Position numbers and translations under genes: made by a program. Positions 1-10,174 of a stretch of DNA of 64,000 nucleotides are shown piece after piece; position 1 is the stretch's first letter, and each line of letters begins with the position of its first letter. The stretch is taken from contig CAVRMH010000038.1 of NCBI GenBank assembly GCA_963721775.1, positions 27,707 through 91,706 on the forward strand. Direction: 5' to 3'. The notes beneath the pieces are model-generated. The model was not told the origin of the DNA. It saw only the letters and a program-made list of their open reading frames with translations, and made no database searches. Source of the stretch: an uncultured Actinomycetota bacterium. Lineage in GTDB: Bacteria > Actinomycetota > Actinomycetes > Propionibacteriales > Nocardioidaceae.

Positions 1-441
1 AGGAGTCGGTGCGGCTCGCCCGCGCCGCCGCCCAGGAGGCCGGGGTCGCCGACCGGGTCCGGTTCGAGGTCGCCGACGCGACGTCGTACGCCGGCAGCCA
101 CGACCTGGTGCTGTTCTTCGACGCGGTCCACGACTTCGGCGACCCCGTCGCCGCGCTGGCCCATGCCCGGAGCGTCGCTGGCACCGGGCGGACAGGTCGT
201 CGCGGTCGAGCCGTACGCCGAGGACACCCTCGAGGCCAACCTGGCCAACCCCATCGCGGGGGTGTTCTACGTGGGCAGCTCGGCCCTGTGCGTGCCGCAC
301 AGCATCTCCGAAGGAGGTGCCGCACTCGGCGCCCAGGCCGGCCCGGCCAGGCTGACGGCCGCGTTCCGCGAGGCCGGGTTCACCTCGGCCGGCGTCGCCG
401 TCGCGACCGCGACCAACCTGGTCATCGAGGCGGCGGCCTGA
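1..441 (+). CDS. Class I SAM-dependent methyltransferase, 5'-truncated by window edge, frameshift near 180
   Basis: VADRVRFEVADA...HDLVLFFDAVHDFGDPVAAL, continuing in another frame as LAPGGQVVAVEP...NLVIEAAA*. Confidence 0.8.
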   Translation, partial: RSRCGSPAPPPRRPGSPTGSGSRSPTRRRTPAATTWCCSSTRSTTSATPSPRWPMPGASLAPGGQVVAVEPYAEDTLEANLANPIAGVFYVGSSALCVPHSISEGGAALGAQAGPARLTAAFREAGFTSAGVAVATATNLVIEAAA

Positions 442-1400
442 GGGGCGGGACGGCCGGCGACCAGAGGGTGAGCCGGCCGTCCTCGCCCCACCGCACCGGG
501 AGCGGGTCGGTGATCTCGCCGACGAACCCGCCGTCCGGGGTGACGTTGCGGAACGCGAGCAGCACCCAGTCGCCGGTACGCCGCTGCACCAGCCGGCCGA
601 CGTACAGGCTCTCGTCGTGGAGGAGGTACGCCGACCCCACGTCGTACGGGCCGGTCGGTGCGTCCACGTTGACCGCCCAGATGCCGCCGACCTGGCCGGC
701 GGCGCGACGGTCGCGGCCGAGCTCGGGCGTCATGCAGGAGAACAGCAGCACCCCGCGGCCCTCGACCCACGCCAGCTGCAGCACCTCGAGGTGGCCGAAG
801 CCGGCCGGTGCCGACAGCGGCGGGCGGACCGTCCAGGTCCGCAGGTCCGGTGAGGTGGCGTGGCCGACCACGCCCGCGCCGTCGCCCTCGCCGGCCGCGC
901 GGGCGGTGACCAGCATGTGCCAGCCGTCCCCGGCCGGGTCGGCGAACACCCACGGGTCGCGCCAGGCCTCCTCCGCCGTCGGCCCGTCGTCGCACCGCTC
1001 GTAGTACGCCGGGCACCGGCTCCACGAGCGGACCGTCGGACACCCGGGTCCAGGTGTGCAGGTCGTCCGAGACGGCGCACCCGATCCGCTGCACCCGGCC
1101 GCCGTCGGACCGGTCGATGCCGGTGTAGAACATCCGCCACGTGCCGTCCGGCCCGCGCAGCACCGAGCCGGTCCAGATCGCGCGGTCGTCGAAGGCTGGG
1201 CCGTCCGAGTGCACCAACGCGTCCCCCACCTCCTGCCAGTGCACGAGGTCGCGGGAGACCGCGTGGCCGACCGCGGCCCGGCCGTGCCGGCGGTCCGGGT
1301 CGTGCAGCGCGCGGGAGGCCTTGAGGAAGAACAGGTGGAACTCCTCGCCGTCGTCGGCGAGCCAGCAGTCCCACACCCAGGACGAGGGAAGGCGGAGCAC
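422..1400 (-). CDS. Clan GH-J (GH32/GH68-like) glycoside hydrolase, beta-fructofuranosidase-like; frameshift near 1015
   Basis: WVWDCW nucleophile motif, GHAVSRDLVHW, IWTGSV, WRDPWV (RDP) and HLEV acid/base motifs spread over two frames. Confidence 0.8.
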
Positions 1401-1488
1401 GGTGCCCTTTCGCGAGGTCGACGTCGGCACCAGTCTCGGGGCAGGACGCCGGGACGCCGTACGTCGACCGATCCGCGAACGCCCGGGC

Positions 1489-2653
1489 TCAGTCGTGCAG
1501 CTCCGCGAACAGTGGCCGCCCGACCTCGGGGTCCTTCATCAGGTGGCTGAAGTCGGTGGTGTTGCGGGAGATCGACACCAGGAGGTGGCCGGAGGCGAGC
1601 GGGATCTCGGGATGCGCGAGCGGTGCGTACTCGAGCTCGCCGGAGTCGAAGCCGGCCGGCGCGTGCAGCTCCTTGTGCGGCTTCCACGGCCCCCACGGGT
1701 GCGGCGCGGTCCACTCGTAGACGTAGTCGCTGACGTCGCCGTCCTTCTTCGACACCGCCACGAAGCGGTCGCCGACGCTGTCGACGGAGAGCGTCTGCGA
1801 GACACCACCCTGGCTGGGCAGCACCGCGACCGCCCGCTTCACGTCCGGCTGCCAGGCACTGCCGTCCCAGAACTGCCACCGCTTCCGGTCGCCCGGGTCG
1901 GCCACCGGCGCACGGGCGACGTACAGCTCGCGCCCGAAGTCGTAGGCCTTGCCGGTGAGCCGGGTGCCGTAGACGTAGTACCAGCCGCCGTGGACGTCGG
2001 CCGCCGCTCCCCAGTTGACCTGCTGCGGGTCCGTCGAGTCCGGGGTCAGGTCCAGCACCTTGTCGAGCTGTGGCGCCGCGCCGGCCTCGACGGTGAGGAC
2101 CGCCGCGGTCGTGCCGAGGAAGGTGAAGTCGAAGGAGCCCTGGCCCCCGCGGCGGATCCGGGAGCAGAGGACGACGAGTACGTCGTGCCCGCCCGTGCGG
2201 CCGACCGCGATCGACATCGGCCACCGGACCGTGTTCGCGTCGACGTCGGGGACGCACCGGACCGTGCTCGGCATCCAGCAGCTGCGCGACGCAGCGCCCG
2301 GTCGAGACGAGCATCGAGTTGGCGACCAGCGGGGGCTCCACCCCCGAGCGGCGGACCGTGTCGCCGAACACCCACACCAGGCGTCCGTCGGACAGGCGGG
2401 CGCTGGCGCCGATGTCCCCCGCCTGCCAGTAGTCGAGGTCCAGCGACGACACCAGCTTGTTGAGCGAGTCGGCCGACGGCTTGCGGGACTCGGCGGTCGG
2501 CGACGGGCAGTGCGGGGCGAGCTCGAACCCGTCCGCCGACGCCGGGTCGGGGTCCGACGACGAGCCGCGGCCCGTGCAGGCGACCAGGGCCAGCAGCGCC
2601 GCCGCACCGGCGACCGCTCCCCGCGCCCGACGGCGCCACTGGGCGTCAGCCAC
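1489..2653 (-). CDS. Lipoprotein, DUF4185/DUF5005-like beta-propeller (putative glycoside hydrolase); frameshift near 2260
   Basis: Lipobox LVAC; GDIGAS..LSDGRLVWVFGDT..ANSM; YVARAP..WQFWDGSAW; YAPLAHPE. Confidence 0.6.
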
Positions 2654-2659
2654 CGGGGC

Positions 2660-4903
2660 TCACGGCGTCGGCGTCCCCACCGACTCCGACTCGTCGACGT
2701 CCGGCTCGTCGTCGACCGCCGGGACCGGAGCCGGCGCCATCGCCTCGACGCTCCCCTCGAGCTGCAGGTCCGGGATGATCCGGTCCAGCCAGCGCGGGAG
2801 GTACCACGCGTGGGCGCCGAGGATCGTCATCAGCGCCGGCACCAGCACCATGCGCACGACACTGGCGTCGATGAGCACCGCCACCGCCATCCCGACCGAC
2901 AGCATCTTGATCGTCGGGTCGGTGTCCAGCACGAAGCTGCTGAAGACCACCACCATGATCGCGGCGGCCGTGGTGATCACCCGGGCGGTGCTGCCGATGC
3001 CGATCGCCACTGCCCGGTGCGCGTCCCCGGTCTGGTGCCACGCCTCGCGCACCCGCGACAGGAGGAACACCTCGTAGTCCATGGACAGCCCGAACACGAT
3101 CGCGAACATCAGCATCGGCACGAACGCCGGGATCGGCAGGTCCTGGTCGATGCCGAGGTACTGCGAGCCCCAGCCCCACTGGAAGACCGCCACCACCACG
3201 CCGTACGCCGCACCGACGGACAGCAGGTTGAGGACCGCGGCCTTCACCGAGATCACGATCGACCGGAACGCGATGGTGAGCAGGATCAGCGACAGCAGCA
3301 CCACGGCGAGGATCAGCCAGATCATCCGCTGCCCGATCTTCTCGGTGAAGTCGACGTACCCCGCCGTGGTGCCGACGAGGTAGGTGTCCTTGGCGCCCAG
3401 GCCGGGCAGGACCTTGTCGCGCAGGTGGTCGACCAGGTCGGTGGTCTTGGCGTCGTCGGGTGCCGTGGTCGGGATGACGTTGATGACCGCCACCGTGCCC
3501 GACGAGCTGACCGTCGGGGTCGCCGCCGAGGCGACGCCCTTGGTGCCGGCGAGCGTCTTCTGCGCCGAGCTGAGCAGCGTCTGCTGGTCCGAGGACGACT
3601 CCTTGGGCAGCGTGAGGACGACGGTGAGCGGCCCGTTCTCGCCCTCGCCGAAGCCCTTGGAGATGAGGTCGTACGCGCGGCGGTCGGACTGGGAGGTCGG
3701 GTCGCTGCCCGCGTCGAGCTGGCCCAGGCGCAGCGAGAGCACCGGGATGGCGAGCAGCACGAGGAGCGCCGTACTGGCCACGGCCCACGGCCACGGGCGG
3801 TTGCTGACCTTGCGTCCCCACCGGGCGAACGCGCTGTTCTCGTGCATGCGGTCGGCGTCCGCGATCTCGGCCGCGGTCTTCTGCTTCCGGTCGCCGCGGG
3901 AGCGCACCCGGCCCCGGGCCAGGCCCAGGAACGCCGGCACCAGGGTGAGTGCCGAGACCATCGTCACCGCCACCACGATCGCGGAGGCCGCACCCAGGGC
4001 ACCGACGAACGGGACGTCCGCGACGTAGAGGCCGAGGATGGCGATGACGACCGTGCTGCCGGCGACGACCACCGCGGCGCCGGAGGTGCCGGTCGTCTTG
4101 CCGATCGACTCCTCCATCTCCATGCCGTGGTCGAGCTGCTCTCGATGCCGGGCGACCAGGAAGAGTCCGTAGTCCACCGCGACGCCGAGGCCGAGGAGGG
4201 TCGCCACCGTCGGGGCGGTCGTCGGCAGGTTGGTCGCCGCGGCCAGGATGCCCACGAGGGCCAGGCCGGTGCCGACGCTGAAGATCGCCCCGACCAGCGG
4301 GATCAGCGCGGCCACGATCGAGGCGAACATGATGAGCAGCAGGATGAGGGCGCAGGTCAGGCCGATGATCTCCGAGAGTGCATCGTCGGGCTGCTGGCCG
4401 ATCTGCCCGGCCCCGCCCCCGTAGTCCACGGTCAGCCCGGCCGACTCCGCCGGCTTCACCGCCTTGTCGAGCTTGTCGAGGTACGCGGTGTCGAGCGAGG
4501 CGGGTGCGACGTCCCAGGAGACGCTGCCGTAGGCGATGGTCCCGTCCTTGGAGACCGCCGGGGTCCCGTCCTGGCTGAGCGGGTCGGTGGCGCTCATGAC
4601 GTGGTCGAGGCCACCGACGTTCGTCATCGTGGTCTTCACCGCCGAGGACTGGTCGCTGACCTTCCCCTTCTTCGCGTGGAACACGATCTGCCCGCTGTAG
4701 CCGCTGGCGGACTTGAAGTCCTTCTGGAGGACGGCCAGCCCGCTCTTCGACTCGCTGCCCGGCACCGTGTAGTCGTTGACGAAGTTGCCGCCGACCTGAC
4801 GGTTCACCAGCGTCAGACCCAGCAGCAGGAGGATCCACACCCCGAGCACCCACCAGCGGTGGCGGCTCGCGAACCTGCCGAGACGTTCGAGCAGTGCGTT
4901 CAT
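2660..4903 (-). CDS. MMPL family (RND) transporter
   Basis: Intact 747-aa ORF with two MMPL halves: GVAVDYGLF and FGLSMDYEVFLLSR, TARVITTAAAIM. Confidence 0.93.
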   Translation of the reverse strand: MNALLERLGRFASRHRWWVLGVWILLLLGLTLVNRQVGGNFVNDYTVPGSESKSGLAVLQKDFKSASGYSGQIVFHAKKGKVSDQSSAVKTTMTNVGGLDHVMSATDPLSQDGTPAVSKDGTIAYGSVSWDVAPASLDTAYLDKLDKAVKPAESAGLTVDYGGGAGQIGQQPDDALSEIIGLTCALILLLIMFASIVAALIPLVGAIFSVGTGLALVGILAAATNLPTTAPTVATLLGLGVAVDYGLFLVARHREQLDHGMEMEESIGKTTGTSGAAVVVAGSTVVIAILGLYVADVPFVGALGAASAIVVAVTMVSALTLVPAFLGLARGRVRSRGDRKQKTAAEIADADRMHENSAFARWGRKVSNRPWPWAVASTALLVLLAIPVLSLRLGQLDAGSDPTSQSDRRAYDLISKGFGEGENGPLTVVLTLPKESSSDQQTLLSSAQKTLAGTKGVASAATPTVSSSGTVAVINVIPTTAPDDAKTTDLVDHLRDKVLPGLGAKDTYLVGTTAGYVDFTEKIGQRMIWLILAVVLLSLILLTIAFRSIVISVKAAVLNLLSVGAAYGVVVAVFQWGWGSQYLGIDQDLPIPAFVPMLMFAIVFGLSMDYEVFLLSRVREAWHQTGDAHRAVAIGIGSTARVITTAAAIMVVVFSSFVLDTDPTIKMLSVGMAVAVLIDASVVRMVLVPALMTILGAHAWYLPRWLDRIIPDLQLEGSVEAMAPAPVPAVDDEPDVDESESVGTPTP

Positions 4904-5072
4904 GCGATCTCACCCCGGGCGGTCGGACGCGTGCGAATCGAACCGGGAGCCGGCGAGTCCCCGTCCGCGCGACTCAACCATCGAGTCTGGTCCGGACCCG
5001 GTGTGCCTGTCGTCCCCAGACTTCCCGGCCGACGTGGCCCGAACGGGTCCGCCCGTGCCACTCATCTTGGGG

Positions 5073-5089
5073 CTGACTGGACCAGTCAG
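5073..5089. promoter_or_regulatory. Perfect 17-bp palindrome CTGACTGG-A-CCAGTCAG, candidate repressor operator
   Basis: Inverted repeat seen between the GNAT stop and the MMPL start. Confidence 0.35.
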
Positions 5090-5099
5090 GTGGTGGCGT

Positions 5100-5912
5100 T
5101 CACGAGGCCGCGGGCCGCAGCCAGGCGGTCCAGCGCTCGATGGGGAGGTACCCCATCCGCTCGTACACCGGCCGGCCGTCGTCGCTCGCGACCAGCACCG
5201 CCGGCGCCGCCGGGTCGGCCAGCGTCGCCTCCCAGGTGACCGCGGCGCCGGCCCCCGTCCCCGGGCGGCCGGCAACGCGGCGACGTACTCCACCAGCGTC
5301 GCGCCGGCGGCCTGGTGCGCGCACGCCACCGAGGCCGGCCGCCCGTCGACGTACCCCAGCCACACCCGGGTGGCGCCGTCGAGGAGCCCGGGGCGCAGCA
5401 CGCTGCCCGGGGCGGCGCCGGGCATCGGGTACCCCTCGATCAGCACCCGCTCCGCCACCGCCAGCGTCTCGGCGTCGCGGACCTCGTCGACGACCACCCC
5501 CGGCGCCGCGGACGCCGGGCGTGGCGCCGGGAAGCGCATCATGACCGGCGGGTGGCCGATCAGGACCAGGCCGTGCTCGGAGAAGTCCGGGGTCAGCCAC
5601 GCGCTGAGCAGGAAGTACGCCGCGTCCCGCGGGATCAGGTCGGCCACCTCGGAGACCAGGTCCGCGGCCTCGGACGCCGGCACCGGCTGGGTGAGGATGA
5701 TCGGGTTCGAGAGCCTCTCCGGTGTCCCCGATCGCGGCGCCGCACCACCGGTCGGTACGCCGCCAGGGCCGGCCCAGCGCGGCCGCGACCGCCAGCGGCC
5801 ACGAGGCGTGGACCAGCACCGCCCGCCGGATCAGCGTGTCGTCCGGCGGCGCGTCCGACTCCCAGCCGTTGGTCAGGTGCTCCCCCTCTGCGGGGACGAC
5901 CGAGTCGCTCAT
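5100..5912 (-). CDS. GNAT family N-acetyltransferase-like protein; frameshifts near 5715 and 5260
   Basis: VWLGYVDGRPASVA..VEYVAALPAARGRG(AGAAVT)...ASDDGRPVYERMGY acetyl-CoA-binding motifs. Confidence 0.75.
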   Translation of the reverse strand: MSDSVVPAEGEHLTNGWESDAPPDDTLIRRAVLVHASWPLAVAAALGRPWRRTDRWCGAAIGDTGEALEPDHPHPAGAGVRGRGPGLRGGRPDPAGRGVLPAQRVADPGLLRARPGPDRPPAGHDALPGATPGVRGAGGGRRRGPRRRDAGGGGAGADRGVPDARRRPGQRAAPRAPRRRHPGVAGVRRRAAGLGGVRAPGRRRDAGGVRRRVAGRPGTGAGAAVTWEATLADPAAPAVLVASDDGRPVYERMGYLPIERWTAWLRPAAS

Positions 5913-6085
5913 CACTCCATCGTGGACCGCCTCCCCGGCCCCCGGAAGGCCCGGCGTACACCCTCGGGACGAACCATCCACACGGGCCTGTCCGTCTAGT
6001 CCGGTCCGCGCGTACTGTCGCAAGGTCGCGGGCCGGTGGGCCGGCCCGCTCTCGGGTACGTCGGCACGCCCCGGAGGTCGCCTGC

Positions 6086-7768
6086 ATGAGCAAGCCCAGC
6101 ATCCTCGCCGTCGACGACGACCCGCTCGTCGCCGCCGCGATCACCCGCGACCTGCGGGCGAGGTACGGCGCGGACTACCGGGTGCTGAGGGCCACCTCCG
6201 GCGCGGAGGCGCTCGACGCCCTGGCCCGCTGGCGCTGCGAGACGCCCCGGTCGCCCTGCTCGTCGTCGACCAGCGGATGCCGCGGCATGACCGGCATCGA
6301 GCTCCTGGCGGCGTCGCCTCGGACCTCGGCCCGACGCCCGCCGAGTGCTCCTGACGGCGTACGCCGACACCGACGTGGCGATCCGGGCGATCAACGAGAT
6401 CCGCCTCGACCAGTACCTCCAGAAGCCGTGGGACCCGCCGGAGGAGCGGCTCTTCCCGGTCCTCGACGACCTCCTCTCGGACTGGCGGGCCACGTTCCGC
6501 CCAGCCGTTCGAGGGCATCCGCCTGGTCGGCCACCGCTGGTCGGCGCGCGCCCACGAGATCAAGGACTACCTCGCCCGCAACTCGTGCCGTATCGCTGGA
6601 TCGACGTGGAGTCCGACGCCGAGGCGTCCCGGCTGGGCGCCGCGGCGGGCGTCGGACGCGGGGCGCGATCCCGCTCGCTCGTCTTCCCCGACGGCGAGCC
6701 ACCTGCTCGCCCCGTCGAACGCCGCAGATCGCCGAGCGGCTCGGGCTGCGGACGCGACCCGACCTTCCGACGTACGACCTCGTCATCGTCGGCGGCGGCC
6801 CGGCCGGCCTGGCGGCGGCCGTGTACGGCGCGTCGGAGGGGCTCCGGACCGCTGCTCGTCGAGCGCGAGGCGCCCGGCGGCCAGGCCGGCACCACCTCGC
6901 GGATCGAGAACTACCTGGGCTTCCCGGCCGGCCTCAGTGGCGCGGACCTCGCCCGGCGGGCGGTCGCCCAGGCGACGCGCCTCGGCGCGGAGCTGCTCAC
7001 CACGCGCGACGCCGACCTCGCTGGCCTCGAGGACCGTTACCGGCTGCTCACGCTCGACGACGGCAGCCGGGTCTCCTGCGAGGCGCTGATCGTCGCGACC
7101 GGGGTCCAGTACCGGCGCCTCGACGTGCGAGGGGATCGACCCGCTCGCGGCGTGGGCGTCTTCTACGGCGCGGCGATCACCGAGGCGCCGGCGTGCCGCG
7201 GCCAGCGGGTGGCCGTCGTCGGCGGCGGCAACTCCGCCGGCCAGGCGGCGGTCTACCTGCCCGCAGTTCGCCAGCGGGTGGTCGCTCCTGGTCGGGCGCG
7301 AGCGGCTCGATCAGGCCGGCATGAGCGCCTACCTCGTCGACCAGCTGCGGGCGCTCGCCGAACGTCGACGATCCGGCTCACCGCCAGCAGGTCGCGGCGG
7401 TCCGCGGCGAGCGGACAGCCTCGAGGCGATCACCGTCGCGAACGCCGACACCGGGGCGACCGAGCAGCTGGCCGTGGACGCGCTCTTCGTCTTCATCGGC
7501 GCGCTGCCCACGCACGGACTGGCTGGCGGACGAGGTCGAGCGGGACGGCGCCGGCTTCGTCGTGACGGGGCCGGGGCTCGCCCGGGCCACGGACGCGCGC
7601 GTGCCCGGCTGGCCGCTGGCCCGGGAGCCGTTCGTGCTCGAGACGAACGTGCCGGGCATCTTCGCCGCCGGCGACGTCCGCCTGGACTCGATGAAGCGGA
7701 TCGCCTCGGCGGTCGGCGAGGGCGCGATGGCGGTCCAGTTCGTCCACCGCTACCTGGCGACGATCTGA
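6086..7768 (+). CDS. Receiver domain-glutaredoxin-like-thioredoxin reductase (FAD-dependent oxidoreductase) fusion; many frameshifts
   Basis: ILAVDDDP..VDQRMP..LLTAYADTDVAI..YLQKPW (REC); YDLVIVGGGPAGLAAAVYGASEG; GGQAGTTSRIENYLGFP; VVGGGNSAGQAA; ETNVPGIFAAGDVR..KRIASAVGEG. Confidence 0.85.
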
Positions 7769-9156
7769 TGCGCGGCGCGGAGCTGCGCGGGCTGGCGATC
7801 TTCGACGGCCTGAGTGGGGACCAGCTCGACCAGCTCGCCGCGGCCGGGACCGAGGTCACGGTCGAGCCCGGCGTCGACCTCTTCACCGAGGGCGAGCACG
7901 CGGACTACTGGTGGGTGCTCGTCGAGGGCGCGCTGGACCTGGTCCGGCACAGCGGGCGCGAGGACACGGTGGTCGGACGGATGGACGTCCCCGGCCGGTG
8001 GGCCGGCGGCTTCCGGGCCTGGGACGTGGACGGGGTCTACCTGGCGACCGGCCGCGGGGCCGCTCCCGGGCGGGCGCTGCGGGTGCCGGCGTCGCGGCTG
8101 CGTGAGCTGCTCGACGCGTGGTTCCCGTTCGGCGTGCACCTGATCGGCGGGCTCTACCGCACCGCCCGGAGCATCGAGTCGACCGCCCGCCAGCGTGACG
8201 CGCTGGTCACCCTGGGCACCCTGGCCGCCGGCTTCGCGCACGAGATCAACAACCCGGCCGCGGCCACCACCCGGGCCGTCGCGTCGCTCGAGGACGCGTG
8301 CACGACGCTGCTCTCCTCGCTCCGTCGGCTGGCCGAGGGCGAGATCACCGCCGCCCAGTTCGTCGGCCTGGACGCCCTGCGTCGCGAGGTCACCCCCCGG
8401 CCGGGTGTCCTCAACACCCTCGACCAGGCCGACCGGGAGGACGAGCTGTCCGACTGGCTGGTCGCGCACGGGGTCGGCAACGAGTGGACGATCGCGCCGA
8501 CGCTGGCCGCCGCCGGCGTCGACCTGGCCTGGTGCGACCGCGCCGCCGACCTGCTGGAGGGGCCGGCGCTGGAGCACGGCCTGGAGTGGGTGGCCAGCAC
8601 GTTCGCGGCAACCACGCTGCTGGCCGAGGTCAAGGAGTCGACCCGGCGGGTGAGCGACCTCGTCGCCGCGGTGCGGTCCTACTCCCAGATGGACCGGGCC
8701 TCCCGCCAGCCGACGGACGTGACCGAGGGGCTGGAGAGCACGCTGGTCATGCTCGGCGGGCGCCTGCGCGACGGGGTGACCGTGGTGCGGGAGTACGCCG
8801 ACGACCTGCCGCGCATCGAGGCCTACCCCGGGGAGCTGAACCAGGTCTGGACGAACCTCGTCGAGAACGCCGTCGACGCGATGGAGGGCGCCGGGACGCT
8901 GCGGGTCTCCGTCCGCCCCGACCCGGCCGGCCTGGTGGTGGAGGTGGCCGACACCGGACCGGGCATGCCGCCGGAGGTGGTGGCCCGCGCGTTCGAGGCG
9001 TTCTTCACCACCAAGGACGTCGGCCGCGGCACCGGGCTGGGGCTCGACATCGCCCGCCGGATCGTGGAGGAGCGGCACGGCGGCGCCCTGACGATCGACA
9101 CCGGGCCGGCGGGGACCACGATGCGGGTCGCGCTGCCGCTGGTCGCCCCGGGCTGA
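7768..9156 (+). CDS. Soluble sensor histidine kinase with N-terminal cNMP-binding domain
   Basis: TGATG overlap with the upstream gene; LFTEGE..WWVLVEG (cNMP); AHEINNP H-box; LNQVWTNLVENAVDA, DTGPG, FFTTK, GTGLGL. Confidence 0.9.
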   Translation: MRGAELRGLAIFDGLSGDQLDQLAAAGTEVTVEPGVDLFTEGEHADYWWVLVEGALDLVRHSGREDTVVGRMDVPGRWAGGFRAWDVDGVYLATGRGAAPGRALRVPASRLRELLDAWFPFGVHLIGGLYRTARSIESTARQRDALVTLGTLAAGFAHEINNPAAATTRAVASLEDACTTLLSSLRRLAEGEITAAQFVGLDALRREVTPRPGVLNTLDQADREDELSDWLVAHGVGNEWTIAPTLAAAGVDLAWCDRAADLLEGPALEHGLEWVASTFAATTLLAEVKESTRRVSDLVAAVRSYSQMDRASRQPTDVTEGLESTLVMLGGRLRDGVTVVREYADDLPRIEAYPGELNQVWTNLVENAVDAMEGAGTLRVSVRPDPAGLVVEVADTGPGMPPEVVARAFEAFFTTKDVGRGTGLGLDIARRIVEERHGGALTIDTGPAGTTMRVALPLVAPG

Positions 9157-9160
9157 CGCC

Positions 9161-9952
9161 TCAGGGCACGCGGGCCCACGTCTGCACGAGGGTGAACGTC
9201 GTCCCCCACGTGCCCGGGCGGCCCAGCTGGTCCGAGGCCTCGCGCAGCAACCCGTCGAGCTCGTCCTCGCTCATCAGGGTCAGCAGCCTCGGCCGCAGCG
9301 CGGTGGCGAACTGCACCGGCAGCTGCAGGTAGGGATGGCCGGGCTCGAGGGCCACGACGTGGGCCCGCACCGACGGCTCGAGGCCACGCTCGGCCAGCAG
9401 CGAGAACTCGTGCGCGCCGGCGTCGAAGTCGCCTCCGGCCAGCCGGAACGCCTCGCGGATCACCTCGACCAGGCGCTCGGCGGCCGGCGCCTCCGGGTGG
9501 TGCCGCCAGGAGTGGCTGTCCGGGTCCTCCAGGACCAGCACGCCTCCCGGGCGGAGCAGGCGCAGGTACGCCGTGAGCTGGTCGTCGTACCGGCCGAGCG
9601 GAGCCAGCTGGAAGCGGGCGTGGACCAGGTCGAAGTCGCCGGCCGGCAGCCGGCTGTCGAACAGGTCGTCCACCAGCAGGGTGCAGGGTGCGAGTCGCTC
9701 CTCGTCGCGGAACGCCTCCGCGGCCGCGATCATCGCCGGGTCGACGTCGGTGCCCACGCACTCTCCGGCCAGGCCCACCCAGCCGGAGAGCAGGCGGAGC
9801 CACCCCATCGCGCCGCAGCCGACGTCGACCACGTTCTTCCCCTCGCCGTGGCCGAGCTCGGCGAGGAGGCTCGCGCCGGCAGGCTCCCAGACCCGGGACT
9901 GGAGGCGCAGCCGATCGAGCTCCGAGTGCTGCCCCGACATCAAGTAGCCCAT
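9161..9952 (-). CDS. Class I SAM-dependent methyltransferase
   Basis: ELDRLRLQSRVW; VVDVGCGAMG; FDLVHARF; LLRPGGVLVLED. Confidence 0.85.
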   Translation of the reverse strand: MGYLMSGQHSELDRLRLQSRVWEPAGASLLAELGHGEGKNVVDVGCGAMGWLRLLSGWVGLAGECVGTDVDPAMIAAAEAFRDEERLAPCTLLVDDLFDSRLPAGDFDLVHARFQLAPLGRYDDQLTAYLRLLRPGGVLVLEDPDSHSWRHHPEAPAAERLVEVIREAFRLAGGDFDAGAHEFSLLAERGLEPSVRAHVVALEPGHPYLQLPVQFATALRPRLLTLMSEDELDGLLREASDQLGRPGTWGTTFTLVQTWARVP

Positions 9953-10075
9953 GTCCGCCTCCCGCGCATGCCTCCCCTCCGACGATGCTCGCGGCTCGGG
10001 CACCGCCGGTGCCACGGCCCGATCGGGTCATTCCGGTCCGCTGCCTCCCGCGTGCGACGGCACGGGTGGCGTCCC

Positions 10076-10089
10076 GGGACCTTGGGCCC
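10076..10089. promoter_or_regulatory. DosR/DevR-like box GGGACCTTGGGCCC upstream of adhP
   Basis: Resembles the actinobacterial GGGAC-N4-GNCCC DosR palindrome; about 85 bp upstream of the adhP start. Confidence 0.4.
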
Positions 10090-10174
10090 GCGCCCTCCGG
10101 TCGTTCGCAACTGACGGGGGACACCCGCCGCCGGTTGGGTGGTCCGTGGAACCCGTCAATCGAGGAGTGAGTCC

